This document shows positions 23,463-34,699 of a stretch of 44,488 nt of DNA, in pieces. The DNA lies in the NCBI GenBank assembly GCA_024679065.1, contig JAGIQG010000273.1, forward strand, positions 1 to 44,488, in the 5' to 3' direction. Made by a program: the position numbers and the translations under genes. The stretch comes from Sphyrna mokarran (taxonomy: Eukaryota). Every line of letters begins with the position of its first letter. Position 1 is the first letter of the stretch. The notes under the pieces are model-generated. The model was not told the DNA's origin. It did no database searches and saw nothing but the letters and a program-made list of their open reading frames with translations.

Positions 23463-24269
23463 CAAACTGGAATATCAGAATGTCCTAATCCTTCAGGCTT
23501 TTAAAGAATCCTCATTTTTAGATTTTCCATTCGAGCGGGTTGTTTCACATGTTTCAATATCATACACCACCTGCCAGTAATTAGTCAATTAATTAAGGTT
23601 ACAGTTAGAACGGGAAGTGAAGCCAGGTATCCTCAAGCATGTGACAACAACTGTGGAGAGTTCATTGTGATCTGCTGCCATACCTAATATGAGCAAATAT
23701 TGCACCGAAATGAACTGAGTAGGGAGTGCAATGATAGTTTCAACAAAGGGAATCCTGTCCGATGAATGTGCTTAGGAGTTTACGAACCAGTGAGATAGTA
23801 AATTCTCTCTGAATCATAAGTGCATGATTTTCCCACAAGGTGACCAATAACTCATCCGCACTGGATGAGTTAAAACTTTCAGATTGTGATTGCCAATTGA
23901 TTGAGAGGTTGGGAGCAGAGAGTGGAGATTAAATCATTGATGGGTGGTGGTACATTTGATCAAATGTACCTCAAATCAAGTGAAGAATTGAGGTACATTT
24001 GCTCTTTGATCATATTTAATGATGCTTCTGATGAAAGAATTGAAAGCTGCATATTTGTGATTTTGTGTAATCAGTTCAAAGGGAACGTGAACACGTGGCG
24101 GGTGGGAACGGTAAGTTCCAAACAGACTCGTAAAAGTGGTGAGCAAGCTGAATTTTAATGGGGTGTAGATGGACTAGGCAAACCGACATTACAAATTTTC
24201 CTGTTCCCATGGTCCTGGAGTAGGTGGCAAAAGTTCCAATATGAAATAATTATGTTTGTCAACTTGTCA

Positions 24270-24810
24270 TAGAAATATAGAGACAAAAAAAAACATGAGT
24301 AGGTCATTCGGCCCCTCTAGCCTGCCCCACCATTCATCTTGATAGTGGCTTATCAACGCATAAAATATCCTGATTCCCCCCCCCTCCTTTCCCGCAAGTC
24401 GTTTCATCCCTTTAACTACAAAGCTAAATCTTATTTATTCTTGAAATCACGCATCGCTTTGGCCTCAGCTATCTTCTGAGGGAGTGAATTCTGCGCATTC
24501 ACACTCTCTGGGTGAAGAAACTTCCCCTCATTCCATTTCTGAATGGTTTACCCCCTTCTACCTAAACTCTGACTTCTAGTTCTTGACTCCCCCACCACTG
24601 GGGATATTTTTGTTTCCTGAATCAACCCTGTCTACACCTACTGGAATTTAATTTGATTCTATAAGATCCCCTCTCACTTTTCTAAACTTTAGTTATATGA
24701 TTCCCTCTCACTCTTCTAAACTTTAGTGAATACAGCACGAACGGATTTAGTCTCTTTTCATAGGACGGATCCAGGAATCAGCTTGGCAAACCTTTGTTGT
24801 ATTCCCCTTT
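24270..24810 (-). mobile_element. Old CR1 3' fragment
   Basis: Reverse 3' end GGTCATTCGGCCC, FFTQRV-like region. Confidence 0.65.
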
Positions 24811-24896
24811 TCGCAAGGTCATCATACAATAGACAAATACTGCCATCACTGAGGATGTACAGGATTGTTTCTTTTTTGGAATATAGGGAGTAAATA

Positions 24897-25252
24897 TGGG
24901 AGGCGATGGCCGAGTGGTATTCTCGCTAGTAATCGAGAAACTCAGCTAGTGTTCTGGGGACCCGCGTTCGAATTCCGTCATGGCCGATGATGGAATTAGA
25001 ATTCAAGAAAAAAAATAAAGAAGTGCAATTAAGAATTTTCTGACGATCATGAAATTACAGTCATCTATTGAAAAAAAAATCCCATATGGTTCACTAATGT
25101 CCTTTATGGAAAGGAATCTGCTGTCTTTACCAGGTCTGTCCTGCATGTAACTCCAGAGCCACGGAGGTAGGTTAGTCTCAACTGCTCTCGGGCAACTAAT
25201 GATCTACAATAAATGCTGAACACCTAGAAATGCCCATATCCAAAGATGAACA
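24897..25252 (+). mobile_element. Second tRNA-derived SINE family
   Basis: A-box GATGGCCGAGTGG, B-box GTTCGAATTCC; reverse copy at 11100-11476; fragments at 1230-1660, 31540-31800 and 40970-42035. Confidence 0.8.
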
Positions 25253-25569
25253 AAAAGAAAGTAGATGCATATCTGCAGATTAATCATGTGTGGTAATAAT
25301 ATGATAACAACCATGTGGGCAAACCAGAATAACCCAGGAACTTCAATTTAAATGGTATTGTCTATGCAATAAATAGATGTGCTTGCTTTCCAGAACCGCC
25401 TTGATAAATAACGACCATGACTCTATTTACTAGTTCGTCTTAAAGGGAAGGTTCTGGATCATTCTGAGAACAATTATTTCTTTGAATTTTGAATTGAGAA
25501 CCTTCCTGGATCTGTGCTTTACCTGCCTGGCTTACTTATAGTAGTGAGAAATCTCACAACACCAGCTTA

Positions 25570-26390
25570 GAAAGACATAGACTTAGAGGAGATCTAATAG
25601 AGGTGTGCAAGATTATGAGGGTTATAGAGTAAACAGTGTTAAGCTTTTTCTTAGGATGGACTCGAGTAAGATGAGGGGTCACGGGCTTAGGGTGAGAGGG
25701 GTAAGGTATAGTTTGGATGCTCGAGGGAGTTTTTTTCACAAGAGGGTGGTGGGGGTACGGAATGCGCTGCCAAGCAAAGTGGTGGAGGCAGGTACTCTGG
25801 AGTAATTTAAGAAATACTTAGATGGGCACATGAACAGAATGGGAATGGAGGGATATAGAAAACTGATTTAAAATAGGGATCATAAGCCTTGGGAGTTCCT
25901 AGGAAATGTGTTAATAGATGATGATATTGATGTACTTGTTTTTATCCTACAGATGCTTTGGTCCACCTTGTTGTCTAACAAGAGGCATACACGCGATGGG
26001 TCGTGAGAGGGCTGCTCTTGGATTTTTTTCGAGAGTATCCTAGTGCTTCACGTCGTTAGTGTACGCTTGACCTGGACCATTTGATCGGCAACACGACAAC
26101 TCAGTGACTATCTGCTGTGCAGATACATGGATTTGGGCCTGTGTCTGTGGGAGTTTGCACATTGTCCCCGTACTTGCGTGGGTTTTCTCCAGGTGCTCCG
26201 GTTTCCTCTTAGGCTAATTGGCAAAACAAATTCTCCCTAAATTGCCTCAAATTTGGTTTTTAATCCATAGATCTATAAACGTAGACAGGGATCACGGGTA
26301 GAGGTGGGATCATCGGGGTGGCGGCGCAGGCTCGTTGGGCCGAAGGGCCTGTTTCCCTTGCTGTTTTGTTCTTTGTTCTTTATTCTTTGT
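25570..26390 (+). mobile_element. CR1 family C copy with extended chimeric 3' UTR
   Basis: Same composite structure; tail (TTCTTTG/A)n. Confidence 0.85.
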
Positions 26391-27519
26391 TAATCCAAAA
26401 CCGGCATCTCCACATCATTACTTATAATAGACTACAAGTAGGCCAACATGTATTTGTGAAAAAAGATATTAAAAACTGCAGGTGATTTAAAAAAAAAGTC
26501 AACCATTCTATCCCACATAGACAATGTTTAAGTTTTGGATTATGCTGTCTCAGAGCGATGGAGTACTATTGACTCAAAATTATTGAGATTAGAATTGGAT
26601 GCTTTTCTGACGTTAAGTAAATGCAGGGCTCTGGGAAAAGCCATTGGAGTTCCAGGAAAGGCGCAGGAAACAAAGACATCGGAGTCGAAAAACAGGAAGT
26701 GAAATTTCAACCCGTCGAGATGGTCCTGACGTTCCGTTAGGTGAGAGGTGATGACTGACCTTATCTGCATTTCCCAACAGGATCACTATTTCACTTAATG
26801 CCATCCGTCTCTAGGGATCCAGAGACTTTTGCCTTCAACCTTCCTAATGACCCGTTTTGTCAGCTCTCTAGAGTAGACAATTCAAAGATTCATCACTTTG
26901 ATTGGATAATTTCTCCACCTTCTTTGTTCAAAATGCCCACTCCACCTCCTGAAATTAGCCACCCCAGCCGCAGGTATTTCATTAATCAAGCACGGGGAAC
27001 CTTATCTAGTCCACCCCTTTGCAATCTGTCACACCATATGCAGAATTAAGCGTTCGCCTCATTCTTCAAAGCTGTTGGAAATATGGATTATGTGTCATCA
27101 ATCTCTCCTCAGACAAATCCCTATACAAAGCATTGATCTGCTAACCATGCATTGCACTACATCTCTGGGATGTATGTCACAGCTGGGAGAAGGGGAATAA
27201 ATTGGATGCAAAACTCCAGGCGAGGTCTCATTAGGATCTTATACAAGTATAGCAAGAAATCCTTATAAGGGTACATAAATCTCCTCGTGATGACGTTTAC
27301 CAAACCTTCAAAGGCTTCTGACTTGCTTATACATTCACATGCTATAGCTGAAAACAAAGATACCTAGGTTCCGTTGTCTAGTCACAATTGCCAATTTCCC
27401 ATTTAAGGAACAATCTGCCTTTGGTATTATTTGTCAAAGTGAAAGTTGACGTTCAGACAATGGCCAACAGAGCATTATGCCACTCTGTACGCATGACATG
27501 ATTCTAAAGAGGAATTTCA

Positions 27520-28350
27520 ACATGGTTACATAGTAGTATTGAACACAGAAGTAAGTGTCGGCCATTCAGCCCTTCGAACACGGTCTGCCATTTATTTTGG
27601 TCATGGGTAATCATCAAATTCATGCCTTGATTCGCCTGAACTCCATATCCTTTATTTCCTTAAGCACTGAAAGTTATATCTAATTTCTTCGAGAAATCAC
27701 ACAATGTTTTGTCGTCAACTATTTTTCTGTGGTAGTAAATTCGACACATTCACCGCTCTCTGAATGAATAAATTTCTCCTCACCTCAGTACTATTAGGTA
27801 AACATTTATCCTCAAAATATGACCACTAGTTCTGGACTCCCCTACCATGGGTAAATTCCTTTCTGCACCCATCATCTCAAACCCATTAAAAGATTGATAC
27901 GTTTCCATGAGATTCCTTTTCAGTCTTCCCAACTCCAGTGAATATAATCCCATATAACATATCTTCTCATGTGACAGACATGCCATCTCAGGAATCAGCC
28001 TGGTGAACTTTTGCTGTACTCTCTCTACATCTTTCCTCAGACAAGGATATCAGAAGTGCACAAAATGCTCCAGCTGCGGTATACCAACGCGCAATGCAAT
28101 TGCCTCAAAACATCCTTATCCGTATATTCAAATCCTGTCGCTATGAAGGCCAGCATACCATTTTCCTTTTTAAATTCCCGCTCTATTTACGCACTTACTT
28201 TCTGCCACTGATTCCCGAGGACACCAAGGTCTTGCTGAGTAACTACTTCTGTCAAGTTAGACCTATACAATAATATTCTGCCTTCCTATTTTTGCTATCA
28301 AAGTGGATGACCTCACGTACATCCAGATTATTAAGCATCTGCATCCATAT
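27520..28350 (-). mobile_element. Old CR1 3' fragment
   Basis: ORF 27780-27986 GLYSLELGRLKRNLMETY. Confidence 0.7.
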
Positions 28351-28682
28351 GCCCACACCTCCCGATCCCTCACTCCAAAGTGTACCGGTGCACCTTGACT
28401 CAAAATGTTTAAATGTTATGAGATTTTTGACTAATATTCACCTCTGTTAAGTAGGAAACATTGGCCTCGTTATAATTTCCTGGACCCTTAATCCCGAAAT
28501 TTAGCTAATGTTCTTGGGATCCGGATTCGTTCCTTATCTCGCAAGTTCTGTCGTTACATCCGTGCATTGCTGAGGGAGCACTGCATTGTGGCAGGGGGCA
28601 GATATAAAAGTAGAAAATGAAATTATGTCAGAAGAACGTAAAGACCGGTTTCTGGTCTAATGTTCACATCTTATCAAAGAGG

Positions 28683-30017
28683 AACATAGAACACAGAACA
28701 TAGAACATTACAGCGCAGAACAGGCCCTTCGGCCTTCGATGTTGCGCTGACCAATATAAAAAGCAATGACCCTCCATACTAAACCATTCCCTTCTCTTCC
28801 ACAAACTTATCAACTAACCTCTTAAACGCCACCAAACTTGGCGCATCTACAACTGCCGCAGGCAGGGCATTCCACTCCCTAACCAACCTCTGGGTAAAGA
28901 ACCTACCTCTGATATCCATCCTATGACTATCACCCCTTAATTTAAAGCTGTGTCCCCTCGTGCTAGCTTTCTCCATCCTAGGAAAAAGGCTATCACTGTC
29001 CACCCTATCTAAACCTCTAATCATCTTATATGTTTCAATAAGGTCTCCTCTTAGCCGCCTTCTTTCTAACGAAAACAACCTCAAATCCCTCTGCCTCTCT
29101 TCATAAGACCTGCCCTCCATACCAGGCAACATCCTGGTAAACCTCCTCTGTACCCTCTCCAATGCTCCACATCTTTCTTATAATGTGGGGACCAGAACTG
29201 CACACAATACTCCAAGTGCGGCCGCACTAGAGTTTTGTACAGTTGCAACACGACGTTGTGGCTCCGAAATTCAATCCCCGTACCAATGAAAGCTAAGACT
29301 CCGTATGCCTTCTTAACAACATTATCGACTTGTCTGCCTACTTTCAGGGATCTATGCACAAATACACCAAGATCCCTCTGTTCATCAACACCATTAAGAA
29401 TCCTACCATTAGCCCTATACTCTACACATTTATTATTCCTGCCACAGTGCATTACCTCACACTTTTCCACATTAAACTCCATTTGCCACCTCTCGGCCCA
29501 GCTCTGCAACTTGTCCAAGTCTCTCTGCAAACTATAACTCCCTTCTTCACTATCTACCACTCCACCGACTTTGGTGTCATACGCAAATTTACTAATCCAT
29601 CCTTCAATACCCTCATCCAGATCGTTTATAAAAATTACAAACAGCAAGGGCCCCAAAACAGACCCCTGAGGCACACCACTTGTCACCGAACTCTACGATG
29701 AATATCTCCCATCAACCACCACCCTCTGTCTTCTATCTGCTAGCCAATTCCTAATCCAATTAGCTAAATCATCCTCAATCCCATAGATCTGCATTTTCTG
29801 CAGAAGCCTTCCATGGGCCACCTTATCGAACGTATTACTAAAGTCCATATATACCACATCAACTGCCTTACCCCCATCCACCTCTTTGGTCACTTTTTCA
29901 AAAAACTCAATAAGGTTGGTAAGGCACGACCTACCCTTCACAAAACCATGCTGACTATCCCCAATCAATTCATTTCTCTCTAAATAGCTATAAATCCTAC
30001 CCCTAATAATTCTCTCC
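28683..30017 (-). mobile_element. 5'-truncated CR1 family A copy
   Basis: RT ORFs 28779-29968 (FAYD variant), 3' tail. Confidence 0.93.
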
Positions 30018-30959
30018 AGGAGAATTATCTGGATGTACAGGAGGCGGTTGTCTCATGGTATTTTCGCTGGACTGTGTGAAACTTCGTTTAGGCCGCATTC
30101 GGAGTATGGCATTCAATTCTGGTCGCCGCACTATAAGCGGAGGGAGGGGTGGCATGCTTTGGAAAAAGTGCAGGAGAAGTTGACCAGGAATGCTGCCTAG
30201 ATTAGGACGCTCAAGCAAAACGTTTTGATAAACTGTTAAGTTTAAGGATTGTTTTAAACATGGATAGAGGCAGAGCGATTTAAGGTGAGAGCCCAATACC
30301 TGAGGTCCGAGTCAGCTTACTATAAATCAGGAATGTTGGAGTGATGGAAATTGTTGGATGTGCAAGACACCAAAATCACTTTCAATCCCTTTTCCCGGAG
30401 TCCACTTTCAAGATTAATTTAGGCATTGCTCTTAGGGTTAAATAAATCAAGGGATATGGTGGGGGGAGGTGATATGGAGAATAGAGAGGTGGGAAGAGGG
30501 GGGCAGGTAGTTGGAAGAGAGGACAAGGATATTGAATAGGATAATGACCAATAATCAAAATGAATGGCGAAGCAGTTTCAAAGTTCCGAATGATCTACTC
30601 TTATTCTAGTTTGTGAGTTTCTAAATCATAACACCCTGGCTTTCGAATTATCAATTCGATTCTTGAAACTTTGGCAGTTGATCCATGTCGTTACATCCGT
30701 GCATTGCCGAGGGAGTGCTGCACTATTGATGAGATGCTGTCTTTAGCAGAAGGCAGATGTAAATGTGGAAAATGAAATTGTCAGAAGAAAATAAAGACAG
30801 GATTCTGGACTAATACTTACCTCTTATCAAAGAGGAGTTGATGGTGTCGCGGTATTTTCGCTGGAAGTTTGATCCAGAAATGTTAATCAATACTCTGGTG
30901 GCCCATGTCCGATTCCTCCCTCGACAGATACTGGAATTTCCAAGTATTTCAAACTGGAT

Positions 30960-31535
30960 TAGACCGCTTTTGGAGTATTGACTTTAATTCTGATCGCCAT
31001 ATTTCACGAAGGATGTGAATGCTTTGGAAAGGGTACAGAAGATTTTATTTGGGATGTTGCCCACATTCGAACATGGAAGCTGTAAGTGAGGAGCGGGGGT
31101 GGGGGGGGTGGTGTGGTGGGATGGCTGGAGAAATTGTGTACTTGCACTGGCGAAGGCTGCTGAGAGACTTGATAGAAGTCTATAAAAATTTTGAGACGCT
31201 CACATAGTGTTGACAGCTCGAGTATTTTCCCCAGAGTTGAAATATATAGTTGAGTGCAGGTCACTTAGACATGGAATTTCAATGGCGATGAGAGGTGCAA
31301 GTTTTTTTTTACACAGTGGTATGTGTCTGAAACTCACTGATAGGGTTGGTGGCAGAGGAAAATACGACTGGAGTGTTTATGGAGCTTTTTTTTCGATGAG
31401 AACATCGATATGCACGGAATAGATGGAAGTGGAAGAAGGGAAGACAGAAAAGTTTAGTTTAACTTGGTGTGACGTTCCGCACAACAGCCTGAGCGGAATG
31501 GCCTACATCTGTGTTGCACTTTTTCCATGTTCTAA
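30960..31535 (+). mobile_element. Old CR1 3' fragment
   Basis: RRLLRDLIEVYK remnant, degenerate 3' tail. Confidence 0.6.
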
Positions 31536-31916
31536 TAAAAACAGTCAGGAATTAAGACTTTACTGATGACCATGAAACCAATCTCGATCGTAATGAAAAC
31601 TCGTTTTGTTTATTAATGCCCTTTAAGGAAGGAAATCTGGCGTCCTGACCTGGAACGCCTGACATACGGCTCCAAATGCGCAGCTTTGTTTCTCAAATGC
31701 CTGTCAAATTGATTATCAAATGCCTTCCAAGAGTAACGAAGGATAGGCTTAAAATACTGGCTAACTAGCGTCGCTCATGTGCTACAATTCAATAAAAATA
31801 AGAGTTCAAAGTTAGCTTATCAAGTCATTAGCAAATTTCTGTTCCAAAGATGTTGTATTGGAAAGTCTATTATTGAGTACAGAAGTACAAACGTCACTGC
31901 CGTTCCAAATATGCTT

Positions 31917-32122
31917 CATAGAACATAGAACATAGAACATTACAGCACAGAACAGGCCCTTCGGCCTTTGATGTTGTGCCGACCAAAATAAAAAGCAATG
32001 CCCCTCCAACTAAAACATTCCCTTCTCTTCCATATACTTATAATTAACCTCTTAAACGCCCCAAACTTGGCGGCATCTCAACTGCGCAGGCAGGGTCATT
32101 TCCACTCCCTAATCACTCTTTG
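31917..32122 (-). mobile_element. 3' end of a 5'-truncated CR1 family A copy (host of the nested full-length insertion)
   Basis: (CATAGAA)n tail and 3' UTR in reverse; the sequence continues seamlessly at 37681. Confidence 0.9.
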
Positions 32123-33630
32123 ATTGTTCCATTGGAGCAGCACGGAGAGGCAGCGATTTGGGAGAGCGAGAAGTTCGATTGATAAGTAGCTTTTTAACTT
32201 TTCTCTTTGTTTAAAACAGCGAGCGGGAGTAGTTTTTGCCGTTTTTATTTTAAACTAACTTGTAACCGGAAGTCGTCACTAGGAGGCTGCCGGTAGTTGT
32301 AGTTTTTAAGCTATATAAGTACTAACCTCTGGGTATCGGCCTCATTGTTCCATTGGAGCAGCACGGAGAGGCAGCGATTTGGGAGAGCGAGAAGTTCGAT
32401 TGATAAGTAGCTTTTTAACTTTTCTCTTTGTTTAAAACAGCGAGCGGGAGTAGTTTTTGCCGTTTTTATTTTAAACTAACTTGTAACCGGAAGTCGTCAC
32501 TAGGAGGCTGCCGGTAGTTGTAGTTTTTAAGCTATATAAGTACTAACCTCTGGGTATCGGCCTCATTGTTCCATTGGAGCAGCACGGAGAGGCAGCGATT
32601 TGGGAGAGCGAGAAGTTCGATTGATAAGTAGCTTTTTAACTTTTCTCTTTGTTTAAAACAGCGAGCGGGAGTAGTTTTTGCCGTTTTTATTTTAAACTAA
32701 CTTGTAACCGGAAGTCGTCACTAGGAGGCTGCCGGTAGTTGTAGTTTTTAAGCTATATAAGTACTAACCTCTGGGTATCGGCCTCATTGTTCCATTGGAG
32801 CAGCACGGAGAGGCAGCGATTTGGGAGAGCGAGAAGTTCGATTGATAAGTAGCTTTTTAACTTTTCTCTTTGTTTAAAACAGCGAGCGGGAGTAGTTTTT
32901 GCCGTTTTTATTTAAACTAACTTGTAACCGGAAGTCGTCACTAGGAGGCTGCCGGTAGTTGTAGTTTTTAAGCTATATAAGTACTAACCTCTGGGTATCG
33001 GCCTCATTGTTCCATTGGAGCAGCACGGAGAGGCAGCGATTTGGGAGAGCGAGAAGTTCGATTGATAAGTAGCTTTTTAACTTTTCTCTTTGTTTAAAAC
33101 AGCGAGCGGGAGTAGTTTTTGCCGTTTTTATTTAAACTAACTTGTAACCGGAAGTCGTCACTAGGAGGCTGCCGGTAGTTGTAGTTTTTAAGCTATATAA
33201 GTACTAACCTCTGGGTATCGGCCTCATTGTTCCATTGGAGCAGCACGGAGAGGCAGCGATTTGGGAGAGCGAGAAGTTCGATTGATAAGTAGCTTTTTAA
33301 CTTTTCTCTTTGTTTAAAACAGCGAGCGGGAGTAGTTTTTGCCGTTTTTATTTTAAACTAACTTGTAACCGGAAGTCGTCACTAGGAGGCTGCCGGTAGT
33401 TGTAGTTTTTAAGCTATATAAGTACTAACCTCTGGGTATCGGCCTCATTGTTCCATTGGAGCAGCACGGAGAGGCAGCGATTTGGGAGAGCGAGAAGTTC
33501 GATTGATAAGTAGCTTTTTAACTTTTCTCTTTGTTTAAAACAGCGAGCGGGAGTAGTTTTTGCCGTTTTTATTTTAAACTAACTTGTAACCGGAAGTCGT
33601 CACTAGGAGGCTGCCGGTAGTTGTAGTTTT
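32123..33630 (+). repeat. Tandem array of about 6.8 x 220-221-bp monomers forming the CR1 5' UTR/promoter
   Basis: Units start at 32123, 32344, 32565, 32786, 33006, 33226 and 33447; essentially identical apart from one T-run length; each complete unit carries ACCGGAAGT, CGTCA and TATATAAG. Confidence 0.95.
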
Positions 33631-33775
33631 TCTCTCTGACTCTATAAATTCTTACAGAGAGGTAACCCGATACTCTACACAGGTAGAGTATCCCACCCTC
33701 CCCCCTCCTCTAACCTAATAATAATAGTGTGTGTGTAGGTTTTTTTTTTCTCTCCTGCAAATTAAAGTAACAGTG

Positions 33776-34699
33776 ATGGCAGTGCAGGTAGTACATTGCA
33801 CCTCCTGCGGTATGTATGAGGTAAGGGACACCAGTGGTGTTCCTGCTGATTATACCTGCAGGAAGTGTGCACATTTGCAGCTCCTTGAGGATCGTGTTAA
33901 GGAGCTGGAGCTGGAATTAGAGGAGCTCAGAGTAATTCGAGAGGTTGAGGAGGATATAGGCAGGAGTAACAAAGAGATTGTAACTCCTATAAGTGATAAT
34001 TGGGTAACTATTAGGAGGAGGGGTAAGAAGCAATCGGGGAGACAATCCCCTGGGGCTGTTCCCCTCCAAAATAAATTTTCTGTCTTGGAGGCTACAGTTG
34101 AGGAAGAATCAACTGGAGCTGACCAAAGGGAGCAGGTCTCTGGGGGTGAGACTGCTGAGAATGCTCAGGTGGGTGGGGGGAATAAGAGATTAGGCCTAGT
34201 TATAGGAGACTCCATAGTTAGAGGGACAGATAGGAGGGTAAATAGTAATAAACAGGACTCAGGGCTGGTGTGTTGCCTCCCAGGGGCTGGGGTCCAGGAT
34301 GTTGCAGATCGGGTTTTTAGGATTCTTAAGGGTGAGGGGAGTCAGCCCCAAGTCATTGTTCATGTGGGGACACATGATGTAGGTAGGACAAGGGAAGGGG
34401 ATATTAAACAGAAATTTATGGAGTTAGGGTGGAAGCTTAGGTCCATAACAGGCAGAGTGGTTATCTCTGGACTCTTGCCTGTGCCAAGGGATAGTTTAGA
34501 GATGAACAGAGAAAGGGATAGTTTGAACTCATGGCTGCGTGGATGGTGCAGGAGGGAGGGGTTCAGGTTCCTTAACAATTGGGACTCATTCTGGGATAGG
34601 TGGGACCTCTTCAAGAGAGATGGTCTACACCTGAACCAGAGGGGGACTAATATCTTGGGGGGAAAATTTGCTAAGGCTATGATGGGGGCTTTAAACTGA
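33776..34699 (+). CDS. CR1 ORF1p: zinc finger, coiled coil and SGNH/GDSL esterase-like domain
   Basis: ATG at 33776; CTSC..CRKC; LLEDRVKELELELEELR; blocks IGDS, LPGA, HVGTHD, DGLHLN; open to TGA at 34699. Confidence 0.92.
   Translation: MAVQVVHCTSCGMYEVRDTSGVPADYTCRKCAHLQLLEDRVKELELELEELRVIREVEEDIGRSNKEIVTPISDNWVTIRRRGKKQSGRQSPGAVPLQNKFSVLEATVEEESTGADQREQVSGGETAENAQVGGGNKRLGLVIGDSIVRGTDRRVNSNKQDSGLVCCLPGAGVQDVADRVFRILKGEGSQPQVIVHVGTHDVGRTREGDIKQKFMELGWKLRSITGRVVISGLLPVPRDSLEMNRERDSLNSWLRGWCRREGFRFLNNWDSFWDRWDLFKRDGLHLNQRGTNILGGKFAKAMMGALN

Noticed and set aside
24897-24985. tRNA gene
   Set aside because: The A/B boxes belong to a SINE head followed by the SINE body; no complete cloverleaf is evident.
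32123-33630. CRISPR-like array
   Set aside because: The units are identical along their whole length with no unique spacers, the context is eukaryotic, and the array is contiguous with LINE ORF1.
33731-33775. ORF1 start at GTG 33731 as in the ORF track
   Set aside because: It runs through a T-rich tract; the ATG at 33776 directly precedes the zinc finger.
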